Assembly (NCBI GenBank): GCA_964035545.1
Contig: OZ037770.1
Location: 10,932,463-10,996,462, forward strand
Length of the DNA stretch: 64,000 nucleotides
Direction of reading: 5' to 3'
Source of the DNA: Bugula neritina
Lineage: Eukaryota > Animalia > Bryozoa
Shown piece by piece: positions 38,517 through 51,470 of the stretch. A program made the translations under genes and the position numbers. Below the pieces are notes generated by a model. That model had not been told where the DNA came from. It searched no databases and was given only the letters and a program-made list of their open reading frames with translations. Position 1 is the stretch's first letter. Every line of letters begins with the position of its first letter.

Positions 38517-40134
38517 TAAATTTTGCAGATAGCATATAATATATCTCTCTTGTGATTGGATTCTTTAAAATAATAACTTTAAAAAAATGCTATAGTCTCT
38601 ACATGTCTTTCATTCAATGAGAATAAAAGATTTTAAATATATGTGTTTATGCTCATATATTTAACTAAATCATTTGGTTTCCTATTAAGCTGAATTTTTT
38701 TCACATACAAAATATTTAAAAGCTAAACTGAAACTTTTTTGAATTTACAGAAGACTTCAAAGATGCTTTGAGTAGAAATTCAGCATTAATAGCCTGCCTG
38801 TTGTCTGATGCCTTTTAAATGTTGATAATATATTCAGCTACATAGAAGCTATCATTTAAAACACTGACTATAATATATGACAATAAAGTTGCAGTTTTTA
38901 ATTGAACAGCTCAAGTTATTATATAGCTATAAGTTACTCTTAATGAGTTTAATTCAAAATGGTCACCTTTGGTCACTTTTCACCGTGCATCGTGGTCCTG
39001 TGCTGGTGGCAATAACTCAAAATAAAAATTGTTATATAATAAAGATAAATTGAATCCAATTACACAGTTTCGGCTATTTATTTCAACCACTGCATCTTTA
39101 TCTTGTGCTTTAGAGGCAATTTATAATGTTTATAGTTAAATAGTCTTTGTAAGGTAAAATCTTCTTGAATTGATTGTACACTGCTTGTGCACTGAAAAGT
39201 TATTTGAAAGACAAGAATAATACTCTAGCATCATTACAATTATCTCCATAATAATTATTTATATTTTCTATAAGACAATTAGTCAAGTGTATAATATAAG
39301 AGGGGCTTTTACAGTTATACTTACATTATGTTTTGACTTAAATTATTTTTATTTATTTTTCAACTTTCTTCTTTAAGAACATAGAGGTAGACACCATTTC
39401 TTAATTCGCAGGTAGTTCTACAACAAGTATTATTTACTCTCCTTAAATATAGTATGAAGCTACATCAAGTAAACTAGTTGTATATTGATTTACTACTTAA
39501 ATTTGTTTTAATTCATGTATGTGTTATATAGAGACTAAAAGACTTCACCACAGAACTAACAGCTGAGATCTGAGTGGCTCTTAAATATGTCATATTTCAT
39601 ATTCTAAAAAGTTCATATATTATATCTAAATTATAGGTTTCAAAATATAATATTTCTTTATATTTGCAACTATAAAATTATACAGTTAGAAATATTTTTC
39701 TATTAAAGATTATAATCAAATGTTCTTATAATTTATTCCAAGGAAAAAAGTCATTATAAAGCTCAATTCTCTATAATCAGATGCGATTCAGCAACAATAA
39801 TTATTACAGTTAATTGTGTTTACTCATATATAATCTCTAAGTTCCTCATTATAATTAGGTAAAGTATATCATGTAGCACAAATGTGTGTATTATTGTAGC
39901 ATTGCTGCTATATGCAAACTTCTAGAGTACAAATCTTTAACTGAATAATCAATTTTAATTGTATATATATACTAATTTCACTCTCGCTGTACTACTTCTC
40001 TAACTAACGTGTTCTGTCCACAATAAGATTATCATAATCTTACAATTTACATCAACTTTTTAGCATAAAACTTTCTCACACTCTATTTCATAATTTACAA
40101 TTAGGTGAGGTGTAAATATGCAGATATATATAAA

Positions 40135-41133
40135 TATATATAGCTTTTACCAATAAAATATTGCTAGAACATACCGTCTACTAAATACTGCATTAGGGTC
40201 ATAGTTGCTATATACTTGTAATTACATATTTTCTTTTATTAAATAATTTATAGACACTATAAGTATAGAAATGCTGAAACACATTCTGACACATTCTGCA
40301 TGTAGTTTATAGTAACCATGTTTTGTCAAAGTTAAGTTGCTAAAATATGCATCAGTTATATAATTATTGTCTCATATTTGAAGAAAAAAAGTATTCCGCT
40401 AAAAAGTAAAACTTTTGTCTGCTATATATAGCTGGTATATATAAATGTTTTGTCAAACCGACGTGTGGATGAAAACGTGTTAATTCTAAAGTTACATAAC
40501 TCTTTGGAAGTACAAGTGAACTTACATTTTTTACATATAACAATTATTCTCATTACTTTCTAACTTCCTTCTTTCCAACTTCTCACCTAAACAAAAAATT
40601 AAACACCATATCATATTTCACAGGTAGCACTGGTATTATATAATGTGAACTTCAGATATGCTGCTGTGTGATAACATCTTATATTACGTGACAACCCTCG
40701 TATTCAATTATTTATAAAATGTAATGAATATAATTTCAATTATACATGCAAGACTATTTGTAACCAATTGGAGATAAACTTGAAAAGAAACTTATAGAGT
40801 TCACACGAAGTTTAGCATAACTTTTTAAATGAAGCATAAAATCTTCTTACACAGCAAAATATTTAAAACTCATTCCTTATTTAATTTGTTTCTATAGATT
40901 AATGATTCTAAAATTAAAGAAAAACTACAATATAATACCTATAAGAAAGAAGTAAGTTCAAAAGACTGCTATAGACAGAAGTCAAAAAGTTCTAAACTGC
41001 TGCAGCTTTCTACATATAACTGCTGTGATTTAATCAGATTTTTGTTTTAATATATTATTATGAAAAATATAATTTCTGTCACAATACAAAGCACACAATT
41101 TTTGGTACTGTTTCAATTGACATGCACATCTGC
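40135..41133 (+). repeat. Left arm of a ~1-kb inverted duplication
   Basis: Colinear reverse-complement match to 44421-45405. Confidence 0.9.
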
Positions 41134-43157
41134 AGTTATTTTATATAATTGAAAAAAGAAAATTTTTAAAAACTGATCTTTTACCAGATTAATTGTTGTC
41201 TTGAAATGTTCCAAAAACAATGATCACTATAATAGAATATAGTTGTATTTTTATCTTATAATCTAACTTTCTATTATGGTGAAGTGTAATAATATAGACC
41301 AATATATGGATTTTTACATTTCAATATCGTGCAGGTATAGTTTCTATATAGTGAAGTTAAGCCATTGCAATATTATCATATAGTTGCTATTCTTTTATAT
41401 ATGTTCTTCTATTGCTTATTATATAGATACTAAATATGAAAACTATTATGTAAAACAACTTTAAGAACTTCTGCAGCTATAATTAATTGTGCTTTGCATC
41501 AACCAATTTGTTGCAACTTGTAATTATATATAGTTAGATATACTGTTTTATGTTTGAATGAAAACAACATTATCCGAAAAGTTAGAATATTTTATGCTGG
41601 AAAATAATATATTTTGCTTAACAATCATAATATTATGTGAGTGAAAAGTTACATAATTTATATTTTGTACAGTTATAAAACTTACTTTCAACCGCTTAAT
41701 CTAATTCCCTTCTTTAAGAACAATGAGTCAATTCCATATCATGCATGTTTGACTGATAGATCTTTTAATAGCAGGAATTCCTGAACTGCTGCATGAGAGA
41801 GTGTTAAGTTATGTGACAGCAGTTGTATTTAGATGTTTATAGAATGTAATGAATGTGATTTTAAACCTAATTTTTGTAACCCTGGAGGCAAATTAAAATA
41901 TGAAATTTAGAGAGTATATCAGCATATACCATGTAGCTACATTAATAGTAGTAATAAGTATATAAGTTTGTCTGTGTATGATATTAAATGAGAGACCTGG
42001 GAGTATTTTTTACACTGTTATCCGACATTTCCACTTGATCCATTCTGTGGGCTTGTCCATGAGTACCTACCAGATTCTGGTTAAGATTATTTAGTCTTTT
42101 CCAATGTGTAAATGACCTCATCACATTGCACAATTACAATGAGTTAGAAAGTCAGCAAACTTGTGCAAACCGTAGTTTTTACAAGGTGAAATTCTTAGCC
42201 AATCATGTAATTTCTTTTTGAACTGTCTTGAAGGGGCTGTTTTCTTTCCCTACCGTTGTTTGAGGTAATTCCTCAAGTAGCTTCACACTTTTGTAGAAAC
42301 ATGGTATAGAAAGCTTTCATGTCTTCTTCCATTTTATTGTTTATATTAGAACATTCAACTCTTCATATAATTTTGCAACTTCTTTCTCATCCTGTTCTAT
42401 TGTGTGCAGTTGAGATTCTACTACTTCAATGTTGTCTTCACTACTATTCATAATTACTTCATACTGATGATCGAGCTTTTTAGTAATCGATTTGATAATT
42501 AGGTTCGGGAGTTTGTTAACCCTGTTTACGTATTTCTGACAAATTTCTATGGGAACGGCCTTTTGCTGCTTGAGCTATAATGCTTGCGGCTGCACTCGAA
42601 CTATGGTTTCATTGCTGCTATAGAGTTTGAAAATTTGATTCTTGTAGCTGAGTTGGTGGGGCCACACTCCCGTTTAGGCCTGGGTCAATGCCCAATTCCC
42701 TAGCGCTAGGTTAAATTTGACATTTCACAATTTTAGAATTTTAACTAGGTGAGGATAAGCTATGTGACCCACTATACTAGAATGACTCAGCTTTAGGGTG
42801 TAAGAGGATGGATAATAAAGCATATGAGTAATAACAAAAAATAGCAATATGACAATATATGTTAACCTTTAACAATATTATGTTATGCTTGGCAATAACA
42901 CAACAGAGTTCAGTTGAATCAAATTACATCAAATATAGTGAGAAAATATTACAATAATATATTAAATCTAGACTCAGTAATTAACAAACAACTGCTAAGA
43001 TTTACAGTGTGCTACCTAGCTGACTTGAGAGTAGGAGTTGATGACGGTTCCTTTGTCTGTAACATGTGTTTGTCAGTTTGTTGGATAAATTTGTAGGTGG
43101 TTAGTCCAAGTTTGATAGATGCTGGGTGTGGGTTGTGCTGGAGAATACTATAGGATA

Positions 43158-43748
43158 TGTGTAGTCTGTTGCTGCCACTTTCTGTGGGCTAGTGTGAGTA
43201 AGTGTAGTCTGTTGCTGCTGCTTTCTGTGGGCTAGTGTGAGTAAGTGTAGTCTGTTGCTGCCACTTTCTGTGGGCTAGTGTGAGTAAGTGTAGTATGTTG
43301 CTGCCACTTTCTGTAAGCTAGTATAAGTGTAGTCTGTTGATGCCACTTTCTGTGGGGTAGTATAAGTGTAGTCTGTTGCTGCCACTTTCTATGGGCTAGT
43401 ATATGTGTAGTCTGTTGCTGCCACTTTCTGTGGGCTAGTATATGTGTAGTATGTTGCTGCTGCTTTCTGTGGGCTAGTGTGAGTAAGTGTAGTCTGTTGC
43501 TGCCACTTTCTGTGGGCTAGTGTGAGTAAGTGTAGTATGTTGCTGCCACTTTCTGTAAGCTAGTATAAGTGTAGTCTGTTGCTGCCACTTTCTGTGGGGT
43601 AGTATAAGTGTAGTCTGTTGCTGCCACTTTCTATGGGCTAGTATAAGTGTAGTCTGTTGCTGCCACTTTCTGTGGGCTAGTATAAGTGTAGTCTGTTGCT
43701 GCCACTTTCTGTGGGCTAGTATAAGTGTAGTCTGTTGCTGCGGCTTTC
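43158..43748. repeat. 39/43-bp minisatellite TGTAGTCTGTTGCTGCCACTTTCTGTGGGCTAGTATAAG
   Basis: About 14-15 tandem units in two length variants. Confidence 0.95.
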
Positions 43749-44420
43749 AATGGGTTTGTGCTGGTTTCTTCATTCTAATAACTTTCGGCTTTCTCAGTTA
43801 AGAATTGTCACCAAAAGTTTCACTGCTTTCCACTTAAGGTTTCATAGTCGCTCGGTTAGTAATGGTTGTTTGGTTGGTCATATAATTTATTCAACTGGCC
43901 AAATCTGAAGTGAAAACTTCATAGGGAAACCTTGTGGTTGTGTTCCTAGTAAGATACTGATTAGTAATTTTTATCCACTTGCTTTTTATAAATAACTATA
44001 AATAGGTATAATAGCTAACAGTAACTATAGCTATACAGCTATAAAGCTGACTCAAGCTATAGCTTTGAAATTGAGTTAGTATAATCAAAACCATGCAGTT
44101 GCAGAACGAGCACAAACCCTAGCCTAGGTGAAATGTGGTCCCCAAGCCCAATTTAGCTCTAAAATTTTTTTTACAGACATAACTGTCTGTAAAGGTATAT
44201 GGATAAATATCATTTGACTTTTTAACACAACATTGACCAATCAAAATTTTCCTTTCTGGAATCATAGGTTTACTTTATCTGTAGTGAACAAGTTCAATTG
44301 TAATAATAGATTAAGTATCTTTACTTGATTTCTGTTGTTGTTACAATATGCTCAATTTTTTCATGAACACCACTTCTATATGCACCATATTCTAAATGGC
44401 CATTAAAAACTGCTAGTAAA

Positions 44421-45399
44421 GCAGATGTGCATGTCAATTGAAACAGTACCAAAAATTGTGTGCTTTGTCTTGTGACAGAAATTTTATTTTTCATATTATT
44501 AAAACTAAAATCTGATTAAATCACAGCATGCAGTATGTAGAAAGCTGCAGCAGTTTAGAACTTTTTGACTTCTGTCTAGCGCAGTTGTTTAAACTTAGTT
44601 CCTTATAGGTATTATATTGTAGCTTTTCTTTAATTTTAGAATCATTAATCTATAGAAACAAATTAAATACAGAATGAGTTTTAAATATTTTGCTGTGTAA
44701 GAAGATTTTATGCTTCATTTAAAAAGTTATGCTAAACTTTGTGTGAACTCTATAAGTTTCTTTTCAAGTTTATCTCCAATTGGTTACAAATAGTCCTGCA
44801 TGTATAATTGAAATTATATTCATTACATTTTATAAATAATTGAATACGAGGTTGTCACGTAATATAAGATGTTATCACACAGCAGCATACCTGAAGTTCA
44901 AGTTATATAATAGCAGTGCTACCTGTGAAATATGATATATAGTGTTTAATTTTTTGATTAGGTGAGAAGTTAGAAAGAAGGAAGTTAGAAAGTAATGAGA
45001 ATAATTGTTATATGTAAAAAATGTAAGTTCACTTGTACTTCCAAAGAGTTATGTAACTTTAGAATTAACACGTTTTCATCCACATGTGGGTTGGCCAAAA
45101 CATTTATATATACCAGCTATATATAACAGACAAAATCTTTACTTTTAAACATAATAATCTTGTCATTCAAACATGAGACAATGAATATATAACTGATGCA
45201 TATTTTAGCAACTTGACTATGAGAAAACATGGTTACTAATTACAGAATGTTTCAATGACGTGAGATTTTATGTTTCAGCATTTCTATGTCTAGTGTCTAA
45301 TTACTTAATAGAAGAATATATGTAAACAAGTATAGCAACTATGATCCTAATGCATTGTTTAGTAGAAAGAGTATTCTAACAATATTTTATTGTAAACAG

Positions 45400-45405
<6 letters not shown>
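44421..45405 (-). repeat. Right arm of the ~1-kb inverted duplication
   Basis: For example, GCAGATGTGCATGTCAATTGAAACAGTACCAAAAATTGTG at 44421 mirrors 41094-41133. Confidence 0.9.
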
Positions 45406-45476
<71 letters not shown>

Positions 45477-45478
<2 letters not shown>

Positions 45479-45681
45479 ATAAATAGGTATACGAGAAACA
45501 TTGTTGATTTATTACTTTATTAGGTAAAGTAATTACACTAATATTTCGGGTACCACTGTACCCATCTTCAGAGTAGCATTGCTACTCTGAAGATGGGTAC
45601 AGTGGTACCCGAAATATTAGTGTAATTACTTTACCTAATAAAGTAATAAATCAACAATGTTTCTCGTATACCTATTTATAA
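45477..45681. mobile_element. Perfect palindrome (102-bp arms) carrying a minimal hammerhead ribozyme on each strand; Penelope-like inverted pLTR remnant
   Basis: Centre at 45579. The core is CTGAAGA(45587)-T-GGGTAC/GTACCC-GAAA-TATT-AGT, with stem I ACT/AGT + TTGC/GTAA. It is embedded in (TA)n. Confidence 0.8.
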
Positions 45682-45777
45682 TCAAATTGCTAGCTCGTAA
45701 AGATATATATATATACATATACATATACATATATATATACATATACATATATATATAAATATATATATATTTATATA

Positions 45778-45956
<179 letters not shown>

Positions 45957-46752
45957 GTATGGGTATGAAAACATCTCAATCTACAGCTGCTGTCTCTTGC
46001 CATAGACAGAGTATCAAATAAATAATTATCATATTCGTGCACCATTTCGAAAAAAAGTTACTCTTCTGATAGCTAGTGCTCATCTGCTGAAAGTTGGAGA
46101 GAAAAGTCCTGTTTAGAGAACACCTTTAGCGTATCAAGATAACTACAAAAATATATTCAAATATTTTTGTGGAAGTCAGAGGTTTTAGAATTTGTGCTTT
46201 GAAACTTGTGCCATTAAATAGTGTGAACATTTCAACACTGGACTTAATTGAGAAGAAACATTGAATTAATTGATAATCCCTGCGTAATGTTTTATGCTCT
46301 TCCATTGAAATTATGGTAAAGATTGTTATCCTATGTAAGTACATTGTCCGGAAATAAATACAACAACTATAATATATGCATCAGCAATTATTCAGAACCA
46401 GTTGAATTGATGCATGCAAGCTTGACTGGAATACTTTGCTATTAATGAAGAGAAGAGAAGATATATTACCGCTAAAGAATAGATTTTCATCAGCTAAAAA
46501 AAGTTTAATTGAAATATGTATTTTATTTATTGAAAAAACAAGCAGTTGTAATTTGGAAGTTTTTTATAACTCCAAATTATTTATGTTAATACAAAAATAG
46601 TGCAAAAGAAGATGTTGGTTTAGGAAAAACTTGAAGAAATATATATGCATTGCTAGCAAGTATTAAAAATGTCAAGTATCATTATATAAAAGTAAGAAGC
46701 TTGTTAAGACAACTTTTTAGAAGAGTTACAATGAGTTTGCCTGATCGAGCTG

Positions 46753-47863
46753 TTACTTAGTAACTTCGATGGCAATTATCTCTACATCAGAAGAAGTAGG
46801 TGTTGAAGGAGCTCGAACACGTAAACCAAAATCAGGAAAGGGTGGTGCTGGAGTCCAGCGTGGTATTGGAGGCAAGGGTGGTAATGGAGGCAATCGTACT
46901 GAAGGCAATCGTATTTGAGGAATTCGTACTGGAGGAAATCGTACTGGAGGAAATCGTACTGGAGGAATTTGTATTGAAGGCAAGCGAAAACCCCCAATGC
47001 TGAAACGTCGGATTCTTTTCTGACTTTCTGCAAATACATCATCACAAAATTGTTTACACACTTTATAAACTGTAACATTGCTGGCAGCAGTTTACAAAAT
47101 TAAATAGCTCCACCCTTGACCATGGAGTCGTATTGCTAAATTTTATTTGATTGTAATGTAAATAAAAAGTTAGTTATATAGCAAAACCATGAGTTTAATC
47201 TTAAGCTGATTTATATATAATAGAAAAACTCTACTCAGCTAATGGTGCTTGTTGAACCACCACAATACATATTTAAAAATCCTATAACTAAATTTCATTT
47301 AAACTTTTGGTAAATAGAAAAAGTGTCATATAAAGCTTGGTCTATTTTGCAATCGTGTGCTTTTTTATATAGAATTGAAAAATACTAACCAATTGCAGGT
47401 CTGAGTGGAACTGCCTTTGCTCTCTTATACCCTTTAAAGCAAAACTCTTCAGCTTCTCTTGGAATGAGACTGCTGCCTTCTTCTATGTCATCCAGAACGC
47501 GGAGTGAATACTTGCGTGCGTTAACTTGATAATCAGAACTCTCGTCATTCAAGTACTTATCCAACCATTTTCCTTTTTCAGCTGTTTCATGGAGTTTTGT
47601 GACGTAGCAAACTCCAGTCTCGGGATCTTGAGCCACGTGGACATTCTACATGAAAAAAAAACTGGTTTAGATTTTTCATACTATAGAAAAATCTGTAAAA
47701 AAGTGTATAAATAGTACAAACACCAAAATTCCCTATTATTTGCTTCACCTTGTAGTAATCTTGCACGTTTTTTGTGCCATCTTCAAACACACAAGTGGCG
47801 ACATTTCTCTTCTCATCATACTTTACATCTACAATGATGGAGCCTCCCTAAAATAAACAAAGA

Positions 47864-47896
<33 letters not shown>

Positions 47897-48158
47897 TAGA
47901 AGAAGTAAAATGAGATTTGATTAATATAATGGCATTTATTACTAGTAGTTTCGTACACAAGAACGATGTGCACTCGTCAGATAAATTAGCCACTATCTTC
48001 TGGCTAATTTATCTGACGAGTGCACATCGTTCTTGTGTACGAAACTACTAGTAATAAATGCCATTATATTAATCAAATCTCATTTTACTTCTTCTAATGT
48101 TTACGCTCTAGATTTATTTCTATAGAGCACTCTAGTAACGTTTTATAAACACTCATTT

Positions 48159-48206
<48 letters not shown>

Positions 48207-48213
48207 GTATATA

Positions 48214-48245
<32 letters not shown>

Positions 48246-48260
48246 CATATATATATATAC

Positions 48261-48345
<85 letters not shown>

Positions 48346-48703
48346 TATATATTATATATTATATATTATATATTATATATTATATATTATATATTATATA
48401 TTATATATTATATATTATATATTATATATGTATAAATACATACACCTCAATTGCTCTTGGTATTTGTGATTTTTCATATTATATCAATTTGAAATAAAAT
48501 TTACCTGAAATTTAGGCGTTTCAGTTATCATAATTAAAGCTGATTGAAAGTTCTTGAACAGCTAGTTTAGCTTTTGACTAACCTACCTGTGACAGTGTAG
48601 CTTCAATGTATTCTCCATAACCATGATGACAAAGTTGCGAGAAGACAACTACTATCGAAATGAGCACCTGCCAATACCCTCTACCAGCCTGAGACCGCTT
48701 CAT
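46753..48703 (-). CDS. BRICHOS-like precursor, paralogue B (262 aa) with Pro/Arg-rich C-terminal peptide
   Basis: Exons are 48703-48587 (signal peptide), 47847-47749 (..KNVQDYYK), 47645-47390 ([18 protein letters not shown] ... EAEEFC) and 47069-46753, all GT-AG and in phase. KRIRR precedes [29 protein letters not shown]... A non-coding first exon lies at ~48985-48910. Confidence 0.8.
47895..48098. mobile_element. Perfect inverted repeat (98-bp arms, 8-nt spacer) carrying type I hammerhead ribozymes; Penelope-like remnant
   Basis: ATTTAT-CTGACGA(48013)-GTGCACA/TGTGTAC-GAAAC-TACTA-GTA^ATAAAT: complete core, stem I ATTTAT/ATAAAT and a GUA cleavage triplet. Flanked by (TA)n. Confidence 0.85.
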
Positions 48704-49000
48704 CTACAATATAGCAGACATAGTAATATTTCGGATTTCAGTATTTTTTCGAACGATGTTTTAAGCTAGGGACGTCAAACCTAATGTTTTTATGTAGGAA
48801 TTAGTTAGGCTGATTGAGTTCTGGTGTCCAATTTTAATTACTTATCAAATAATTTTTAAATCTTGATCTTAGAAAATCAACCAATATAAAACTATAGCTT
48901 ATACTAACCTTTGAAACGATACGAAAGCCCTGTTTGTACAAATTATACTTCTGAGTATAATAGTGTTGAAATGAATGTTACAAAGCTTTAGCTACACTCT

Positions 49001-49008
49001 TATTTATA
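49001..49008 (-). promoter_or_regulatory. TATA box of BRICHOS paralogue B
   Basis: TATAAATA on the minus strand, in a context (..TTTGCAGAT..) shared with paralogue A. Confidence 0.55.
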
Positions 49009-51279
49009 CTAAATTTTGCAGATGGCATCTCTTGCATAATTGGATAATCTAAAAATAGTTATTTTGAAAGTAAATTGCTTTCACCCAATCAGAGTGAAAT
49101 ATTCAAACACACTTTTTCAAACTACAACTTTGATGCACGTGGTGTCTTTATAAATGAACTTATATTCATGTATAACGTATTCACTTTCTGTTAAGCTGCA
49201 GCTGAACCATACAAAGCATTTTGAAAATATTCTGAAACCTGTTAAAAGTTACCGATGCATGGCCCAAGACTTAGTGGAAATTCAGCTACTGCCTAATTGT
49301 TGTTTGAGGCTGTTAAATAGTTAATAAAGTAATCAGTTATATAAAATGTCTTATTTAAATACCAAATTATATATGAAAATAAGTTATAAACAAATTTACA
49401 ACCTTTTAGTTAAATAGTGGAAGTTTTCAGCTAAGTGACTCATAGCTAAAATATCTGTTTTTAACTCCATTATACAAAACAAATTCACTGAAAACATTTT
49501 TGAAATATGCAGACATTATTATTTAAGTACTAATGAACTTGTCTTCTATAAAATTACGTTTTCTGCAAGACAGTTGTGCAAGTTTAGAGCTGCTCTTGCA
49601 GCTACATGTACGTATTATAAATTTTTAATTGAAACTATTTTTAGCTGTTCTCAAACAATTGTAACTTTAAAAACAGAGTGTTAGATATTATCTCATATTT
49701 CACAGGTATACATATGCTCTCCTAATATTGTGCATTATAATCTTTAAATATAACATGCATTAAGCTGTCTCAACACTTGAATTTTCTTCAATTCATGTAT
49801 TCAGAGACAAAGGACACTACTGTAACTACATTAAGGTACATAACTTTTTATTCTAGAAACTAGTGCAAGTTAATTTCTATGCTTCAAAGTTAAGATATTT
49901 TCTTATTTACGATTAGAACTGCTGATTTGACTAAAAACTGGTCGAGCAAATTCCTGGATTCTATAAAAAATAAAGTGCTATTAAAAACTAATCTTTTACC
50001 AGAATAATATTGTTATCTTAAAATGTTTGAGCAACAATAATTATTATATAGTTGCATTTTCTTTTCTAATTTTCTATTAGGATGCAGACAGATATATGCT
50101 GTTTATACAGTAACATTGTGCATATATATTTTCTACTATAATGAAGCCATCAAAATTATATCATTATTGCTACTCTTCTATAATATATATTCTTTTGATG
50201 TTTATAGACACTAGCTATCATAAAAGCTTGTCTAAAGCCCTCTGCATAGATTAGATTTTGCACTTAAAACTGACTTTCAATTGAATAATCCAACTTCCTT
50301 CTTGAAGAACAGAGAGAAGAATACCATATCATATTTCACAGGTAGCTCTGCTAATAGCATGGATTCCTGGTATGCTGCTGCATAAAAAGTCCTATACAAT
50401 TTACAGATTCATTTATTTATTGAAATGTGTTAAATGTAATTTCAAGTACGCAGAACAAATTTTTGTAAGCCTGGAGATAAGTTTTAAAAGAAACTTATAG
50501 AGTTCACGTGGAGTTTAACATAACTTCTCAAATGTAACATGAAACCTTCTTACACAGCAGAATACCTGAGACTCAATTGGTATTTAACTTGTTTCTATAA
50601 ATTTATACTTTTAAAAGCGAAGAATTTTTTTATACATTGTGTAAAAATAAAGCTTAAGCTAATGCTAGACAGAAGTTGGAAAACTATGTTGATGCAATTT
50701 TGTTCATGTTGCTATGATTTATTGAGAGTTTAGCTTTACCAGTATAAAAATGTAATTTGTATTGTGATTTAACGCATATCAGCTCTTCTATAGGAAATTC
50801 TAATTGTTCATTTAAAATGTTTCAAGAAAAACGTGTCAACAAAAATTTTAGCCTTTTGAACAGAAGATATTTAAAAATATTCAAAATACTACTGTTTGCA
50901 GACATCATCAGACATCGATGCTTAGTTTTTAGAATAAAACTTGTTTGATAGAGCTTAATGTTTTGTTGAAAAGTCAAATAATACTCATTCAACCATTTGC
51001 AGACAATTGCATTTTTCAAACAGCTTTTTGCAGTTTACTGTTTAGTAAATTTTAGATTTTTCAATGACATAAGACTAAGAAGACTTAGGAACTGTCAGAG
51101 TTCTTTAGTTGTTTTTACTCATACATGTAAATATGTAAGATATAAAATGTATGCCATCAGTTCTTGTACAATTCCAGCCTAGTTTTTTATTTAGGTTTAA
51201 GGCTTTATTAAAAATATTGTATTTTATATGTAGGACTACAATTTCTAGTTAGGATAAAAGCTACTCATGCATCATCCCT

Positions 51280-51470
51280 ATAAGAAAACCCTTGATTGAT
51301 GAGTTCTTCTGATAAATCAGGCTAATTGACTTCTTTAGATAGGGCACAGGAGCATGACTCGATGCTCTTCCTAACATTAAACCATTGGTCTTTGTTCTGG
51401 CTCGAACCCACAACTAATTTGTGCTTAAACTATAAGGCAAATGCACCAACCCTTGGACTATGGCTGCTCC
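51280..51470 (-). mobile_element. tRNA-derived SINE copy
   Basis: GGCACAGGAGC..GATGCTCTTCCTAACAT..CTCGAACCC is shared with 418-631. Confidence 0.7.

Noticed and set aside
43158-43748. Minisatellite as coding repeat (PQKVAATDYTYTS on the minus strand)
   Set aside because: 43-bp variants shift the frame and some units contain stops.
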